This document shows positions 41,527 to 50,961 of a DNA stretch of 64,000 nt, piece after piece. Every line of letters starts with the position of its first letter. The first letter of the stretch is position 1. Both the position numbers and the translations under genes were made by a program. The notes beneath the pieces were generated by a model. The model had not been told where the DNA came from. It did no database searches and was given only the letters and a program-made list of their open reading frames with translations. The stretch is from an uncultured bacterium. Its GTDB lineage: Bacteria > Actinomycetota > Acidimicrobiia > Spongiisociales > UBA5794. The stretch is from assembly GCA_963777645.1 (NCBI GenBank), contig CAVZRA010000001.1:669-64668 (forward strand), written 5' to 3'.

Positions 41527-41934
41527 TCAACCATCCCGCATCCGTAGGCGCCGGCACGTCTCTGCAGAGGCGCTCGTCGGTGATCGGGTCGCCAGTTGCT
41601 GCAGGATGTAGTCGATGAGCGCCTCCCGCTCGGACCACACCTCGTTGTCGGTGGTGTGGACGACCGCCCAGCCATGCTCCGCGAGCCAGTAGTTGCGACG
41701 CAGATCGTGTCTCCACACGTCAGGATTGTCGTGAGTGAGCCCATCGATCTCGACAATCAGACGGTGCGACAGGCAGGCGAAGTCGGCAATGTACGGTCCG
41801 ATCGGAACTTGTCGCCGAAACTTCACCCCGAGCGTCTGACCCCGCAGCTCCCACCACAAGATGGCCTCCGCCCGGGTCGGATCGTGTCGCATCCGCCGAG
41901 CAAACCGGGTCAAATAGGGTGGTTGTCTGTGCAT
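41527..41934 (-). CDS. DUF559 (Vsr-like PD-(D/E)XK) endonuclease
   Basis: ARRMR...T.AE..LW..LR...LGVKFRRQVPIGPYIADFAC....LIVEIDG.TH. Confidence 0.9.
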   Translation of the reverse strand: MHRQPPYLTRFARRMRHDPTRAEAILWWELRGQTLGVKFRRQVPIGPYIADFACLSHRLIVEIDGLTHDNPDVWRHDLRRNYWLAEHGWAVVHTTDNEVWSEREALIDYILQQLATRSPTSASAETCRRLRMRDG

Positions 41935-41941
41935 GCCAAGA

Positions 41942-41963
41942 CATCTACCACCACCCCCCGACA
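41942..41963 (-). promoter_or_regulatory. PafBC-like promoter of the DUF559 gene (one mismatch)
   Basis: Minus strand TGTCGG-N10-TAGATG, 7 nt before the ATG. Confidence 0.4.
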
Positions 41964-41966
41964 AGC

Positions 41967-42851
41967 TTTCACCCTCCCAGCGTCTTCTTCACCCTCCCAG
42001 CGGGAGGGTCGGTGGGAGTCTTGGGGTTGTTGATCACGCCTAGGTTTCACCCTCCTGCGTCGCTCCGCTCCGCGTCCTCCCTCGAGGGAGGACGAAGGAA
42101 AGGAGGGAGGACGAAAGGAAGGGGGAGGTGGAAGGTGGGGGTGGCCGGTGTTCTTCACCCTCCCAGCGGGAGGGTCGGTGGGAGTCTTGGGGTTGTTGAT
42201 CACGCCTAGGTTTCACCCTCCTGCGTCGCTGCGCTCCGCGTCCTCCCTCAAGGGAGGACGAAGAAGAGGGGGACGAAGGGGTGGGGCGTGTTTGGTTCTC
42301 TTCACCCTCCCAGCGGGAGGGTCGGTCGGATCGTGAGATTCGACCGGGGAGGGAGAGCGGCCGAGGTTGTTGATCACGCCTAGGTTTCACCCTCCTGCGT
42401 CGCTCCGCTCGCGTCCTCCCTCGAGGGAGGACGAAGAAAGGGGGACGAAGGGGTGGGGCGTGTTTGGTTCTCTTCACCCTCCCAGTGGGAGGGTCGGTCG
42501 GATCGTGAGATTCGACCGGGGAGGGAGAGCGGCCGAGGTTGTTGACCACGCCTAGGTTTCACCCTCCTGCGTCGCTGCGCTCCGCGTCCTCCCTCGAGGG
42601 AGGACGAAGGACGGGAAGGGGTGGATGAGGCAGGCGTTGGCCGGTTCTCTTCACCCTCCCAGCGGGAGGGTCGGTCGGATCGTGAGATTCGACCGGGGAG
42701 GGAGGAACGGCCGAGGTTGTTGACCACGCCTAGGTTTCACCCTCCTGCGTCGCTGGCGCTCCGCGTCCTCCCTCTAGGGAGGACGAAAGGAAGAGGGAGA
42801 GACCTTGGGCTTGTTGACCACGTTGAGGTTTCACCCTCCTGCTTCGCTGCG
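41967..42851 (+). repeat. Tandem array of composite palindromic REP-like units (5 full units plus partial ends)
   Basis: Units start near 41987, 42153, 42300, 42472 and 42649 (period 147-177 bp). Each has ACCCTCCC-AG(C/T)-GGGAGGGT and CGTCCTCCCT-NN-AGGGAGGACG. Confidence 0.93.
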
Positions 42852-42952
42852 TACCGGCTACGCCGGTCCGTCGGCAGTTCCTTCGGAACTGCTGCGCTGG
42901 TAGGGTCGCGGCGTACCGGAAGTTGGCGCCTCCATCTATGCTTCGGGTCTCT

Positions 42953-44325
42953 ATGTCGAACCCGACGATTCTCGAAGTAGTGCCCGGTAGCCCAGCCGCG
43001 GTCGCAGGTCTGCGGCCGGGGGATGAGCTGCTGTCCGTTAACGGTGTGGTGCTCACCGACGTCATCGAATATCAGCAGCTCGCAGACGAAGGTTTGGTGG
43101 CGCTGCAGGTGAAGCGTGACGGGGCGACTTCGGAGCTGGATATCGCCAAGCCGGAGGGTGCTCCGCTGGGGCTGCGGCTCAATTCCTCGGTGTTCGATCG
43201 GGTGCAGACATGTGACAACCACTGCGAGTTCTGCTTCATCTACCAGCTGCCGCCGGGGATGAGGACGACCCTGTACCTGAAGGACGACGACTACCGGCTC
43301 TCGTTCCTCTACGGCAACTTCACGACGCTGACCCGGTTCACGGAGCTCGACCTGTCCCGGGTGGTCGAGGAGAAGCTGGGGCCGCTGTACGTGTCGATCC
43401 ACGCCACCGACCCTGACGTCCGCTCCGGGATGCTGCGCAATCCTCGTGGCGGCACCAGCCTCCGCTGGCTGCGGGCACTGCTCGTGAATGGCGTGGAGGT
43501 GCACGGCCAGATCGTGCTGTGCCCGGACGTCAACTCGGGCCCGGTGCTGGAGCAGACGATGGCAGACATCCTGATCTCCTACCCGCGGCTGGCCTCGGTG
43601 GGGATCGTGCCGCTCGGCCTCTCCCGGTACGGGAAGGAGACTTCGCTACGGGTGCACACCCGGGCGGACGCCATCTCAGACCTGGAGATCGTCGACTTCT
43701 GGCAGGAGCAGGCGCTGGAGCGGCTGGGTAGGCGCATGTTCTTCGCCTCCGACGAGATGTACCTCGTGGCGGGCCGTGAGGTGCCGCCGTCCGGCCATTA
43801 CGAGCATTTCGATCAGCACGAGAACGGCATCGGGATGATCCGCGCCTTTTGGACGAGCTCGAAGCGGTCGAATCGGGCCGTAACCAGGGTGCGCCGGTGA
43901 CGACCGGGGCATGGAATGCGCTGCCCGCCGCACCCGCTGAGGGATACCGGGCGCCCCGTGGTGGATTCGTCAGTGACGACACGCCAGGCGAAGGGCCGGT
44001 TGTCATCGTCACCGGCACATACGGTGCCAGGGTCTTCAACCCCATCCTGTCCCGGCTCGAGAAGGTCACCGGGGCACCGCTGCGGGTGCTCGAAGTGGCC
44101 AACGAGTTCTTCGGAGGTAACGTCGCCGTTGCCGGGTTGATGGTTGGCCGTGACGTAGCCGCAGCGGTCGCAGGCGATCAGCAGCCGGCACGCAAGTATC
44201 TGATCCCCAACTCGGCGGCGCCGGGCGGGCGTTTTCTCGACGACGTCGACGTTGCGGACATCCCGGCCCCGATCGACATGGTGCCGCCGACCGTTGCCGG
44301 TTTACTTGAAGGAGCGATGCGATGA
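42953..44325 (+). CDS. PDZ + DUF512 Fe-S oxidoreductase-like protein, one frameshift near 43848
   Basis: PDZ GSPA..AGLRPGD; CDNHCEFCFIYQLPPGMR..LY.KDDDYRLSFLYGN; ENGIG; NEFFGGNVAVAGL. Confidence 0.85.
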
Positions 44326-45653
44326 GCCGTCTTCCCGTTGTGGTTATCATCGGAAGACCAAACGTCGGCAAGTCGACGTTGGTGAACCGCATCCTGCAAA
44401 GGCGGGCAGCGGTGGTCGACGAGCAGCCGGGCGTGACCAGGGACCGTCGGGAGTTCGCCGCCGAATGGCAGGGAAACCACTTTCTGCTGATCGATACCGG
44501 CGGATGGGAGCTCAACCCTGGTGAGGAGCTCACCATGAACATCCGGGAGCAGGCCGAGGCGGCGCTCGGCGGCGCTGATGTCGCCGTGTTCGTCACCGAT
44601 GCCACCGCGGCGCTGGTCGACGACGACCAGGGTGTCGCCAGGATGCTGCTCCGCAGCGGTGTCCCCTTTGTGTTTGCCGCCAACAAGGTCGACGGTCCCC
44701 GCCAGGAGGAGAACCTCGACGAGCTGTGGGCACTCGGGTTGGGGGAGCCGATGCCGATCTCGGCTCAACACGGTAGGGGTACCGGCGACTTCCTCGACGC
44801 TTTGGTCGACAAGCTGCCCGTCTTTGACGATGACATGGATCGTGAGCCGAGGCTTGCCCGTCTTGCCATCATCGGTCGACCGAATGTGGGCAAGTCAACG
44901 CTGCTCAACCAGCTCGTTGGCACCGAACGGGTGCTGGTCTCCGATGTCCCGGGGACGACACGGGACCCGATCAACATGGTGGTGGAGCTCGACGGAGAGC
45001 CGTTCGAGATCATCGACACTGCCGGGATCAAGCGGCGCACCAAGATCAAGGACGATGTCGAGTTCTATGCGGTGCTGCGTGCCCGTGAGGTACTCGCCGA
45101 CGCCGATGTTGCCCTGCTGGTGGTGGACGGGACCAAGGGAGCGACCCACCAGGAGCAAAGACTCGCCGAGGAGATCCGTGATGCCGGCACCGGGCTTGTG
45201 GTGCTGCTCAACAAGTGGGATGTCATCAGCGACGACGAGCGTGCCCGCACCGAGGACTCGGTTGCCGACCGGCTCGCCTTTGTTGCCTGGGCACCCGTGT
45301 TGCGGATCGCGGCACGAACCGGCAGCAGGTTGCACCGGCTGCCCGCCGCGGTGCGGGCGGTGCTGGAGAATCGGCGGCAGCGGATCCCGACGTCGGAGCT
45401 GAACCGGTTGATCCGCCAATGGCAGGAGGCGCACCCGCCACCGGTGAAGAAGAACAAGCGACCCCGCATCATCTACGCCACCCAGACCAGCACCGAGCCG
45501 CCGAGCATCGTATTGTTTGTCCGGGGAGGTGACGTTGGCGACGACTACCTGCGCTACCTGGAGAACCGGCTACGTGAGGAGTACGACTTCATGGGGACAC
45601 CGCTGTTCCTGACGGCACGACGCCGCCACAACCGGAGAGAACTGGAACCGTGA
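44322..45653 (+). CDS. der: Ribosome biogenesis GTPase Der/EngA
   Basis: Two GRPNVGKST G-domains with DTGG/DTAG and NKVD/NKWD, plus a KH-like C-terminus. Confidence 0.97.
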   Translation: MSRLPVVVIIGRPNVGKSTLVNRILQRRAAVVDEQPGVTRDRREFAAEWQGNHFLLIDTGGWELNPGEELTMNIREQAEAALGGADVAVFVTDATAALVDDDQGVARMLLRSGVPFVFAANKVDGPRQEENLDELWALGLGEPMPISAQHGRGTGDFLDALVDKLPVFDDDMDREPRLARLAIIGRPNVGKSTLLNQLVGTERVLVSDVPGTTRDPINMVVELDGEPFEIIDTAGIKRRTKIKDDVEFYAVLRAREVLADADVALLVVDGTKGATHQEQRLAEEIRDAGTGLVVLLNKWDVISDDERARTEDSVADRLAFVAWAPVLRIAARTGSRLHRLPAAVRAVLENRRQRIPTSELNRLIRQWQEAHPPPVKKNKRPRIIYATQTSTEPPSIVLFVRGGDVGDDYLRYLENRLREEYDFMGTPLFLTARRRHNRRELEP

Positions 45654-47185
45654 GCGAGGCCGGCCCCTTCGAACGGTTCCGGGAAGCGGCGGCACACGCC
45701 AGAGAAGGCGGCCCGGAACGACACCACGCCAAGCTGGAACGCCAGGGGAAGCTGTTTGTCAGGGACCGGGTGGATTTGCTGGTCGATGAGGGCAGCTTTG
45801 TCGAGGACGGCCTGCTCGCCAACGCGGTTACCCCCGAGCACGGCGCAGACGGTGTCGTCACGGGGCGGGCGATGGTCGACGGCCGCCCGGTTGCGGTGAT
45901 CGCAAACGATCCGACGGTGAAGGCCGGTAGCTGGGGGCGGCTGACCGTCGAGAAGATGATCAGGACCCTCGAGTACGCATACGACGAGATGCTCCCGGTC
46001 TTCTATCTGATCGATTCGGCAGGAGCACGGATCACCGACCAGATTGACCTGTTTCCTGGCCGTAGGGGAGCGGGCAAGATCTTCTACAACCAGGTGCGGC
46101 TCTCGGGGCGGGTCCCGCAGATCTGCTGTCTGTTCGGCCCTTCTGCCGCCGGCGGCGCCTACATTCCGTCGTTCTGTGACGTGGTGATCATGGTCGACGG
46201 CAACGCCTCGATGTATCTCGGCTCGCCGCGGATGGCGGAGATGGTGATTGGGGAGAAGACCACACTCGAGGAGCTCGGCGGCGCCAGGATGCACTGCTCG
46301 GTGTCGGGATGTGGCGATGTGCTGGTGAATTCGGATTCTGAGGCGATCGACTGGGCCCGCTACTACTTCTCGTACATGCCGGATAGCTTCCGGGCACTGC
46401 CGATGCGCTACGACGCGGCCGGCTCCGACCCGGGCTTCGACCCTGCAGAGATCCTCCCGGAGGCGCCAAACGCGGTGTACGACATGGTGGATCTCCTGCG
46501 CGGCATCGTCGACGAAGGCAGCCTGCTTCAGATCAAGGAGCTGTTTGCCCCGGAGGTGATCACCGGATTTGCTCGCATCGAGGGCCAGTCGATCGGCATC
46601 GTTGCCTCCCAGCCACAGCATCTCGGCGGGGTGCTCTTTGTCGACTCGGCCGACAAGGCGGCGCGGTTCATCTGGCTGTGTGACGCATTCAACATCCCGT
46701 TGCTGTTCTTCGCCGACGTCCCCGGGTTCATGATCGGCACCGATGTCGAGAGGCAGGGGATCATCCGGGCAGGAGCGAAGATGTTGACCGCTATCGCCGA
46801 GGCAACGGTGCCCCGGCTATCGGTCATCGTGCGCAAGGCGTACGGTGCGGGTCTCTACGCCTTCTCTGGGCCTGGTTTCCGCCCTGATGCGACCATTGCC
46901 CTGCCGACTGCCGAGATCGCCGTGATGGGGCCTGAGGCGGCTGTGAACGCCGTCTATTTCAACAAGATCCAGGAGTTGCCTGAGGAGGATCGGGCCGCTT
47001 TCGTCGCTGAAAAGCAAGCCGAATACGTCGAGGACGTAGATCTATTGCGTGTTTCGTCCGAGCTGATCGTCGACGCGGTGGTCGAGCCGGAGGATCTGCG
47101 GGGCGAACTGACCGCCCGCCTCGCCTACGCCGCCCGCAAAACCCGCCATTTCTCAGACCGCCGCCACGGCATCCCCCCGGTATGA
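45650..47185 (+). CDS. Acyl-CoA carboxylase carboxyltransferase (beta) subunit
   Basis: DGVVTG, DSAGARI, GPSAAGGAY, DVPGFMIG, RKAYGAG, C-terminal HGIPPV. Confidence 0.93.
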   Translation: MSEAGPFERFREAAAHAREGGPERHHAKLERQGKLFVRDRVDLLVDEGSFVEDGLLANAVTPEHGADGVVTGRAMVDGRPVAVIANDPTVKAGSWGRLTVEKMIRTLEYAYDEMLPVFYLIDSAGARITDQIDLFPGRRGAGKIFYNQVRLSGRVPQICCLFGPSAAGGAYIPSFCDVVIMVDGNASMYLGSPRMAEMVIGEKTTLEELGGARMHCSVSGCGDVLVNSDSEAIDWARYYFSYMPDSFRALPMRYDAAGSDPGFDPAEILPEAPNAVYDMVDLLRGIVDEGSLLQIKELFAPEVITGFARIEGQSIGIVASQPQHLGGVLFVDSADKAARFIWLCDAFNIPLLFFADVPGFMIGTDVERQGIIRAGAKMLTAIAEATVPRLSVIVRKAYGAGLYAFSGPGFRPDATIALPTAEIAVMGPEAAVNAVYFNKIQELPEEDRAAFVAEKQAEYVEDVDLLRVSSELIVDAVVEPEDLRGELTARLAYAARKTRHFSDRRHGIPPV

Positions 47186-47197
47186 ATGGGGCGACGG

Positions 47198-47517
47198 CGG
47201 CCGCTCTCCCTCCCCGGTCGGATCTGGCGATCCGCCCGACCCTCCCGCTGGGAGGGTGAAGGAGACTTTCGTCCTCCCTTGAGGGAGGACGCGGAGCGCA
47301 GCGACGCAGGAGGGTGGGCCTTGGTGTGGTTGACCACGTCAGGGTTTCTCCCTCCCCGGTCGGATCTGGCGATCCGACCGACCCTCCCGCTGGGAGGGTG
47401 AAGAGAGCCGGGCATCCCTTCTTCGTCCTCCCTTGAGGGAGGGCGCGGAGCGCAGCGACGCAGGAGGGTGAGGCGTTGGTGTGGTTGACCACGTCGGTCG
47501 CTCCCCGCTGGGAGGGT
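47198..47517 (-). repeat. Second cluster of the same REP-like units, inverted (about 2.3 units)
   Basis: Contains ACCCTCCCGCTGGGAGGGTGAAG and CGTCCTCCCTTGAGGGAGGACGCGGAGCGCAGCGACGCAGGAGGGTG, reverse complements of the 42-kb array units. Confidence 0.9.
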
Positions 47518-47552
47518 GGTACCTTCCTGGGGCCTTGGCGGAGGGTTGAGAT

Positions 47553-47693
47553 ATGAGCGAGCAGCCGGAGAGCACACCGGAGGGTGACGAGGAGAAGTGG
47601 CCGATCGGCTTCCTCGTCATCATCACGCTGGTTGCCCTCTACCTCGGCTGGCGGCTCATCCAGGGCGTGATCTGGCTGTTGAACCACCTTTAG
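47553..47693 (+). CDS. Small single-TM protein (46 aa)
   Basis: Manually translated MSEQPESTPEGDEEKWPIGFLVIITLVALYLGWRLIQGVIWLLNHL. Confidence 0.6.
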   Translation: MSEQPESTPEGDEEKWPIGFLVIITLVALYLGWRLIQGVIWLLNHL

Positions 47694-47737
47694 CGTCTCA
47701 ACGCGGAATATATTCCGCAATGCGACGCCAAAGCGGC

Positions 47738-47977
47738 TCAGTTGGCGGCGGTGAGCATGCCTTCGAGCTCGTCGACGCTGGGGACCCGGCCCGACATGAC
47801 CACCTGCTCGTCGATGACAAGCGCAGGGGTGCTCATCACGCCGTATGAGGCGATGTCGCCGAAGTCGGTGACTTTTTCGATGGCGGCGTCGATGCCGAGC
47901 TTGCCTGCAGCTTCTGTGGTTCTCTTCTCGAGGGTCTGGCAGTTGGGACAGCCGGATCCGAGCACTTTGATGTTCAT
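47738..47977 (-). CDS. Small thioredoxin-like redox-active disulfide protein (ars-associated)
   Basis: MNIKVLGSGCPNC...YGVMSTPALVID; AAGGAG RBS. Confidence 0.9.
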   Translation of the reverse strand: MNIKVLGSGCPNCQTLEKRTTEAAGKLGIDAAIEKVTDFGDIASYGVMSTPALVIDEQVVMSGRVPSVDELEGMLTAAN

Positions 47978-47985
47978 GGTTCTCC

Positions 47986-49035
47986 TTAGAGGATGACGTT
48001 GAATAGCAAACCAACACAGAGGATGCCAAAGGCGACGATACCGACGAATACGCCGAGCAGCCGGGGCTTGAGTACCCGTCGCAGCAGCACCATCTCGGGG
48101 AGCGAGAGGGCCACTACAGACATCATGAAGGCGAGCACGGTGCCGGTGGCGAGCCCTTTGGCGTGGAGCGCTTCGACGAGCGGTAGGATCCCGGCTGCGT
48201 TCGAGTACAGCGGCACCCCCAGCCCGACGGCAACCGGCACGGCGAGTGGATCGTCCGGCCCTGCGTAGCGGACGAAGAAGTCTTGGGGCACCCAGCCGTG
48301 GACGACAGCACCGATCCCGATGCCGACCAGCAGGTACGGCCAGATCTTGCGGATGATCGACTTCACCTCGTCGCGGCCGATGGCGAAGCGATCGTTCCAG
48401 CTGAGCGTTCCGGACAGGTCGACGGGTTGGCCTCGCAGGGTGGTCTCGAAGACGAAGGACTCGACCCAGCGTTCCAGATGGAGGCGTCCGATGATCCAGC
48501 CTGCGGCGATGGCGACTACCAGCCCTGCAGCGACGTAGAGGGAGGCGATGCGCCAGCCGAACAGCCCGTAGAGCAGGACGATGGCGACCTCGTTGACCAT
48601 CGGGCTTGCAATGAGGAAGCTCATTGTGATGCCGAGCGGCACCCCTGCTGCAACGAATCCGATGAACCCGGGCACCGCAGAGCACGAGCAGAACGGCGTG
48701 ATGACCCCGAGACCGGCGGCGGCGACGTTGCCGACACCCTCCCTGCGGCCCCCGAGCAACGCCCTGGTGCGTTCCACCGACATGAAGCTGCGCAGCACGG
48801 TGACCACGAAGATGATGCCACCGAGCAGCAGTGCGATTTTGACGGTGTCGTATAGGAAGAACTCAGCTGCCGATCCGGTGCGGCTCTCCAGGTCGAGACG
48901 AAGCATGTCGGTGACGAACCAGCGCCACAGCGGGCCGTTGATGCGGTAGGCGGCGATCCAGGCGACGACGGCTCCACCCAGCCCAACCCAGGGCCGCCAC
49001 TCCTGGCGGCGCAGTGTCATGACGGGTGTGGTCAC
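47986..49035 (-). CDS. arsP: ArsP/DUF318 permease
   Basis: TPFCSCSAVP, FLIASPMVNE, GVPLYSNAAG, ALSLPEM. Confidence 0.88.
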   Translation of the reverse strand: MTTPVMTLRRQEWRPWVGLGGAVVAWIAAYRINGPLWRWFVTDMLRLDLESRTGSAAEFFLYDTVKIALLLGGIIFVVTVLRSFMSVERTRALLGGRREGVGNVAAAGLGVITPFCSCSAVPGFIGFVAAGVPLGITMSFLIASPMVNEVAIVLLYGLFGWRIASLYVAAGLVVAIAAGWIIGRLHLERWVESFVFETTLRGQPVDLSGTLSWNDRFAIGRDEVKSIIRKIWPYLLVGIGIGAVVHGWVPQDFFVRYAGPDDPLAVPVAVGLGVPLYSNAAGILPLVEALHAKGLATGTVLAFMMSVVALSLPEMVLLRRVLKPRLLGVFVGIVAFGILCVGLLFNVIL

Positions 49036-49316
49036 TGTTGGGCTCCGTTGGTGAGGTCTGCCGGCAATGCGGCCGTGACGGCTGCGCTTGCCAGCGGGGT
49101 GATGCTGTAATCGACCCACCGTCCTCGCCGGGAGGCCTCGACCAGCCCTGCCTCACGCAGCACCCTGAGGTGATAGGACAGGAGATTGGGGGCGATCTCG
49201 ATGCTCTCTTGGAGCGTGCACACACAGCATTTGTCGTTGCTGAGGTCGTCGAGGATGCGCAGCCGCAGCGGGTCGCTGAGGGCGGCAAAGAGTGAGGCCC
49301 TCGTTTCAATCGACAT
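49032..49316 (-). CDS. arsR: ArsR/SmtB family metalloregulator
   Basis: FAALSDPLRLRI, CCVC, SYHLRVLREAGLV...RRGRWV.Y. Confidence 0.9.
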   Translation of the reverse strand: MSIETRASLFAALSDPLRLRILDDLSNDKCCVCTLQESIEIAPNLLSYHLRVLREAGLVEASRRGRWVDYSITPLASAAVTAALPADLTNGAQQ

Positions 49317-49334
49317 TGATTCAATAGTTGTTGA
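49306..49334. promoter_or_regulatory. Tandem inverted repeats, candidate ArsR operator
   Basis: Two TCAA-N6-TTGA boxes (49306-49319 and 49321-49334) overlapping the arsR start. Confidence 0.55.
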
Positions 49335-49493
49335 AGTCACAATGCCCATTGTGCGCCGAATGGTCGAACATGGTCAGCGGCAAAGGTCCCTGGGCACGGT
49401 GCCAAGCGGCACCGGCCGACGAGCCATTCAAGGGATCGACGATTGTGTCGAAAAGCTCATGTACGCGGCGTCGGTGTTCTGAGTAGGAGTGAG

Positions 49494-50231
49494 ATGGAAT
49501 CGATCTGGCTGGAGGGGGACGTCCCGTTCCTCACAACCGAGCAAATGAAGGAAGTCGACCGGGCAATGGTCGATGACTTCGGAATAGACCTTCCCCGGAT
49601 GATGGAGAACGCCGGGCGTAATCTCGCCGATCTGGCGCGTCACCGCTTCCTCGGTGGTGACGGGCGGAGCCGGTCGGTGATCATCCTGGCCGGGCCAGGA
49701 GGCAACGGCGGCGGGGCGATGGTCGCTGCCCGCAGGCTCCATGCGTTCGGGGCTTTGGTCGGGGTGGTGGCGACCCGGGAGCCCGCGCATATGGCCGAGG
49801 TGACCGCCCAGCAGTTCCGCATCCTCGAGAAGATTGGAGTGCCGTTGACGGTGGGGGAGATGCCGCGGGTGCGGCCCCCCGATGTCATCATCGACGGTCT
49901 CATCGGCTACAACCTCAAGGGTGCGCCGCGGGGGATCACCGCCGAGCTGATCGAATGGGCGAATGCGAGCATGGCGCCGGTGCTTTCGCTCGATGTGCCG
50001 TCTGGCCTCGATGCTACGAGCGGTAAGGCCCACAACCCGGTGGTGCGGGCCACGGCCACGATGACGCTGGCGCTGCCCAAATCGGGGCTACGGTCTGCGG
50101 AGCGATCTGACGTGGTGGGCGAGCTGTATCTGGCCGATATCGGTGTGCCCGCCGAGCTGTATGCCGCAGAGCCATTGTCGCTCCAGGTGGGGCCGATCTT
50201 TTCGAGATCAGACGTAATCCGGCTCGCCTAA
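49494..50231 (+). CDS. nnrE: NAD(P)H-hydrate epimerase (stand-alone YjeF_N)
   Basis: MMENAGR, GPGGNGG, DGLIGY, SLDVPSG, LADIGVP. Confidence 0.88.
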   Translation: MESIWLEGDVPFLTTEQMKEVDRAMVDDFGIDLPRMMENAGRNLADLARHRFLGGDGRSRSVIILAGPGGNGGGAMVAARRLHAFGALVGVVATREPAHMAEVTAQQFRILEKIGVPLTVGEMPRVRPPDVIIDGLIGYNLKGAPRGITAELIEWANASMAPVLSLDVPSGLDATSGKAHNPVVRATATMTLALPKSGLRSAERSDVVGELYLADIGVPAELYAAEPLSLQVGPIFSRSDVIRLA

Positions 50232-50236
50232 GCGAG

Positions 50237-50875
50237 TCAGAGCTTTCGCACTGCCCTGAGGACGACATCGTGGGTGTGCATGCCCCCGGGGCCTGCCGGA
50301 GCGTGACGTTTCCTGGTCTCGTGCACGACGATTTCCCAAGCCTGCCCGAGGTGGGTGACGACCTCGTCGGGCTGGATGTATAGGGCGGGGTCACGGCCGG
50401 GGGTGTGGGCGGGATCGTGACCGGAGACCTCGTGGGCGACGAACAGGAGCGTGCCGCCGACGGCGACTGCACCGAGGAGGGCGGGCATGATGGTGTCTGC
50501 CTGTGCCTTGGGGAGAGAGACGTAGTGGGCGGTTACCAGGTCGAAGCTGGCTGGGGCCAGCGGTGCGGTGGACGAGTCTCCGGCGATCCATTCGACTTTG
50601 ACACCTGCGGCTCGGGAGGCTTCGGTGGCACGGCCGATAGCGACGGGGGATAGGTCGATGCCGGTTACCTGCCAGCCGTGCTTGGCTAACCAGATGGCGT
50701 CGCCGCCTTCTCCGCAGCCGAGGTCGAGCGCCCGGCCTGGGGGAAGCTCCGAGATCTCGGCGACGAGGGATGGGTTTGGCTCGCCGCTCCAGATGCGGTC
50801 GGGGGCTGATAGGTAGCGCTCGTCCCACTCGGCTGGGGTGGATGGGGGCTTGTGATGTTGCTGCGGTTCGGCCAT
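50237..50875 (-). CDS. Class I SAM-dependent methyltransferase
   Basis: WDERY...WSGEPN, ALDLGCGEGGDAIWLA..GW.VTGID.S. Confidence 0.88.
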   Translation of the reverse strand: MAEPQQHHKPPSTPAEWDERYLSAPDRIWSGEPNPSLVAEISELPPGRALDLGCGEGGDAIWLAKHGWQVTGIDLSPVAIGRATEASRAAGVKVEWIAGDSSTAPLAPASFDLVTAHYVSLPKAQADTIMPALLGAVAVGGTLLFVAHEVSGHDPAHTPGRDPALYIQPDEVVTHLGQAWEIVVHETRKRHAPAGPGGMHTHDVVLRAVRKL

Positions 50876-50961
50876 CCGTCGATCGTAGCGAATGAGCCGG
50901 CCCGTGAGTTCCGCAAGGGTGCTTGATGCACTATCGTTGCCGTCTGCCGGTAACCCGGCAT

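Larger units (their letters stand above)
40104..41540. repeat. 20-bp direct repeat (ispH start region) bracketing the HNH gene
   Basis: ACACGTTCAACCATCCCGCA at 40104-40123 and 41521-41540, with further partial similarity on both sides. Confidence 0.85.

Noticed and set aside
41967-42851. CRISPR array
   Set aside because: Conserved units exceed 100 bp, the variable parts are related purine-rich tracts rather than unique spacers, and there are no cas genes.
41910-43065. ORFs predicted across the repeat array (and at 46959-47626)
   Set aside because: They are repetitive translations of the palindromic units with no protein-like features.
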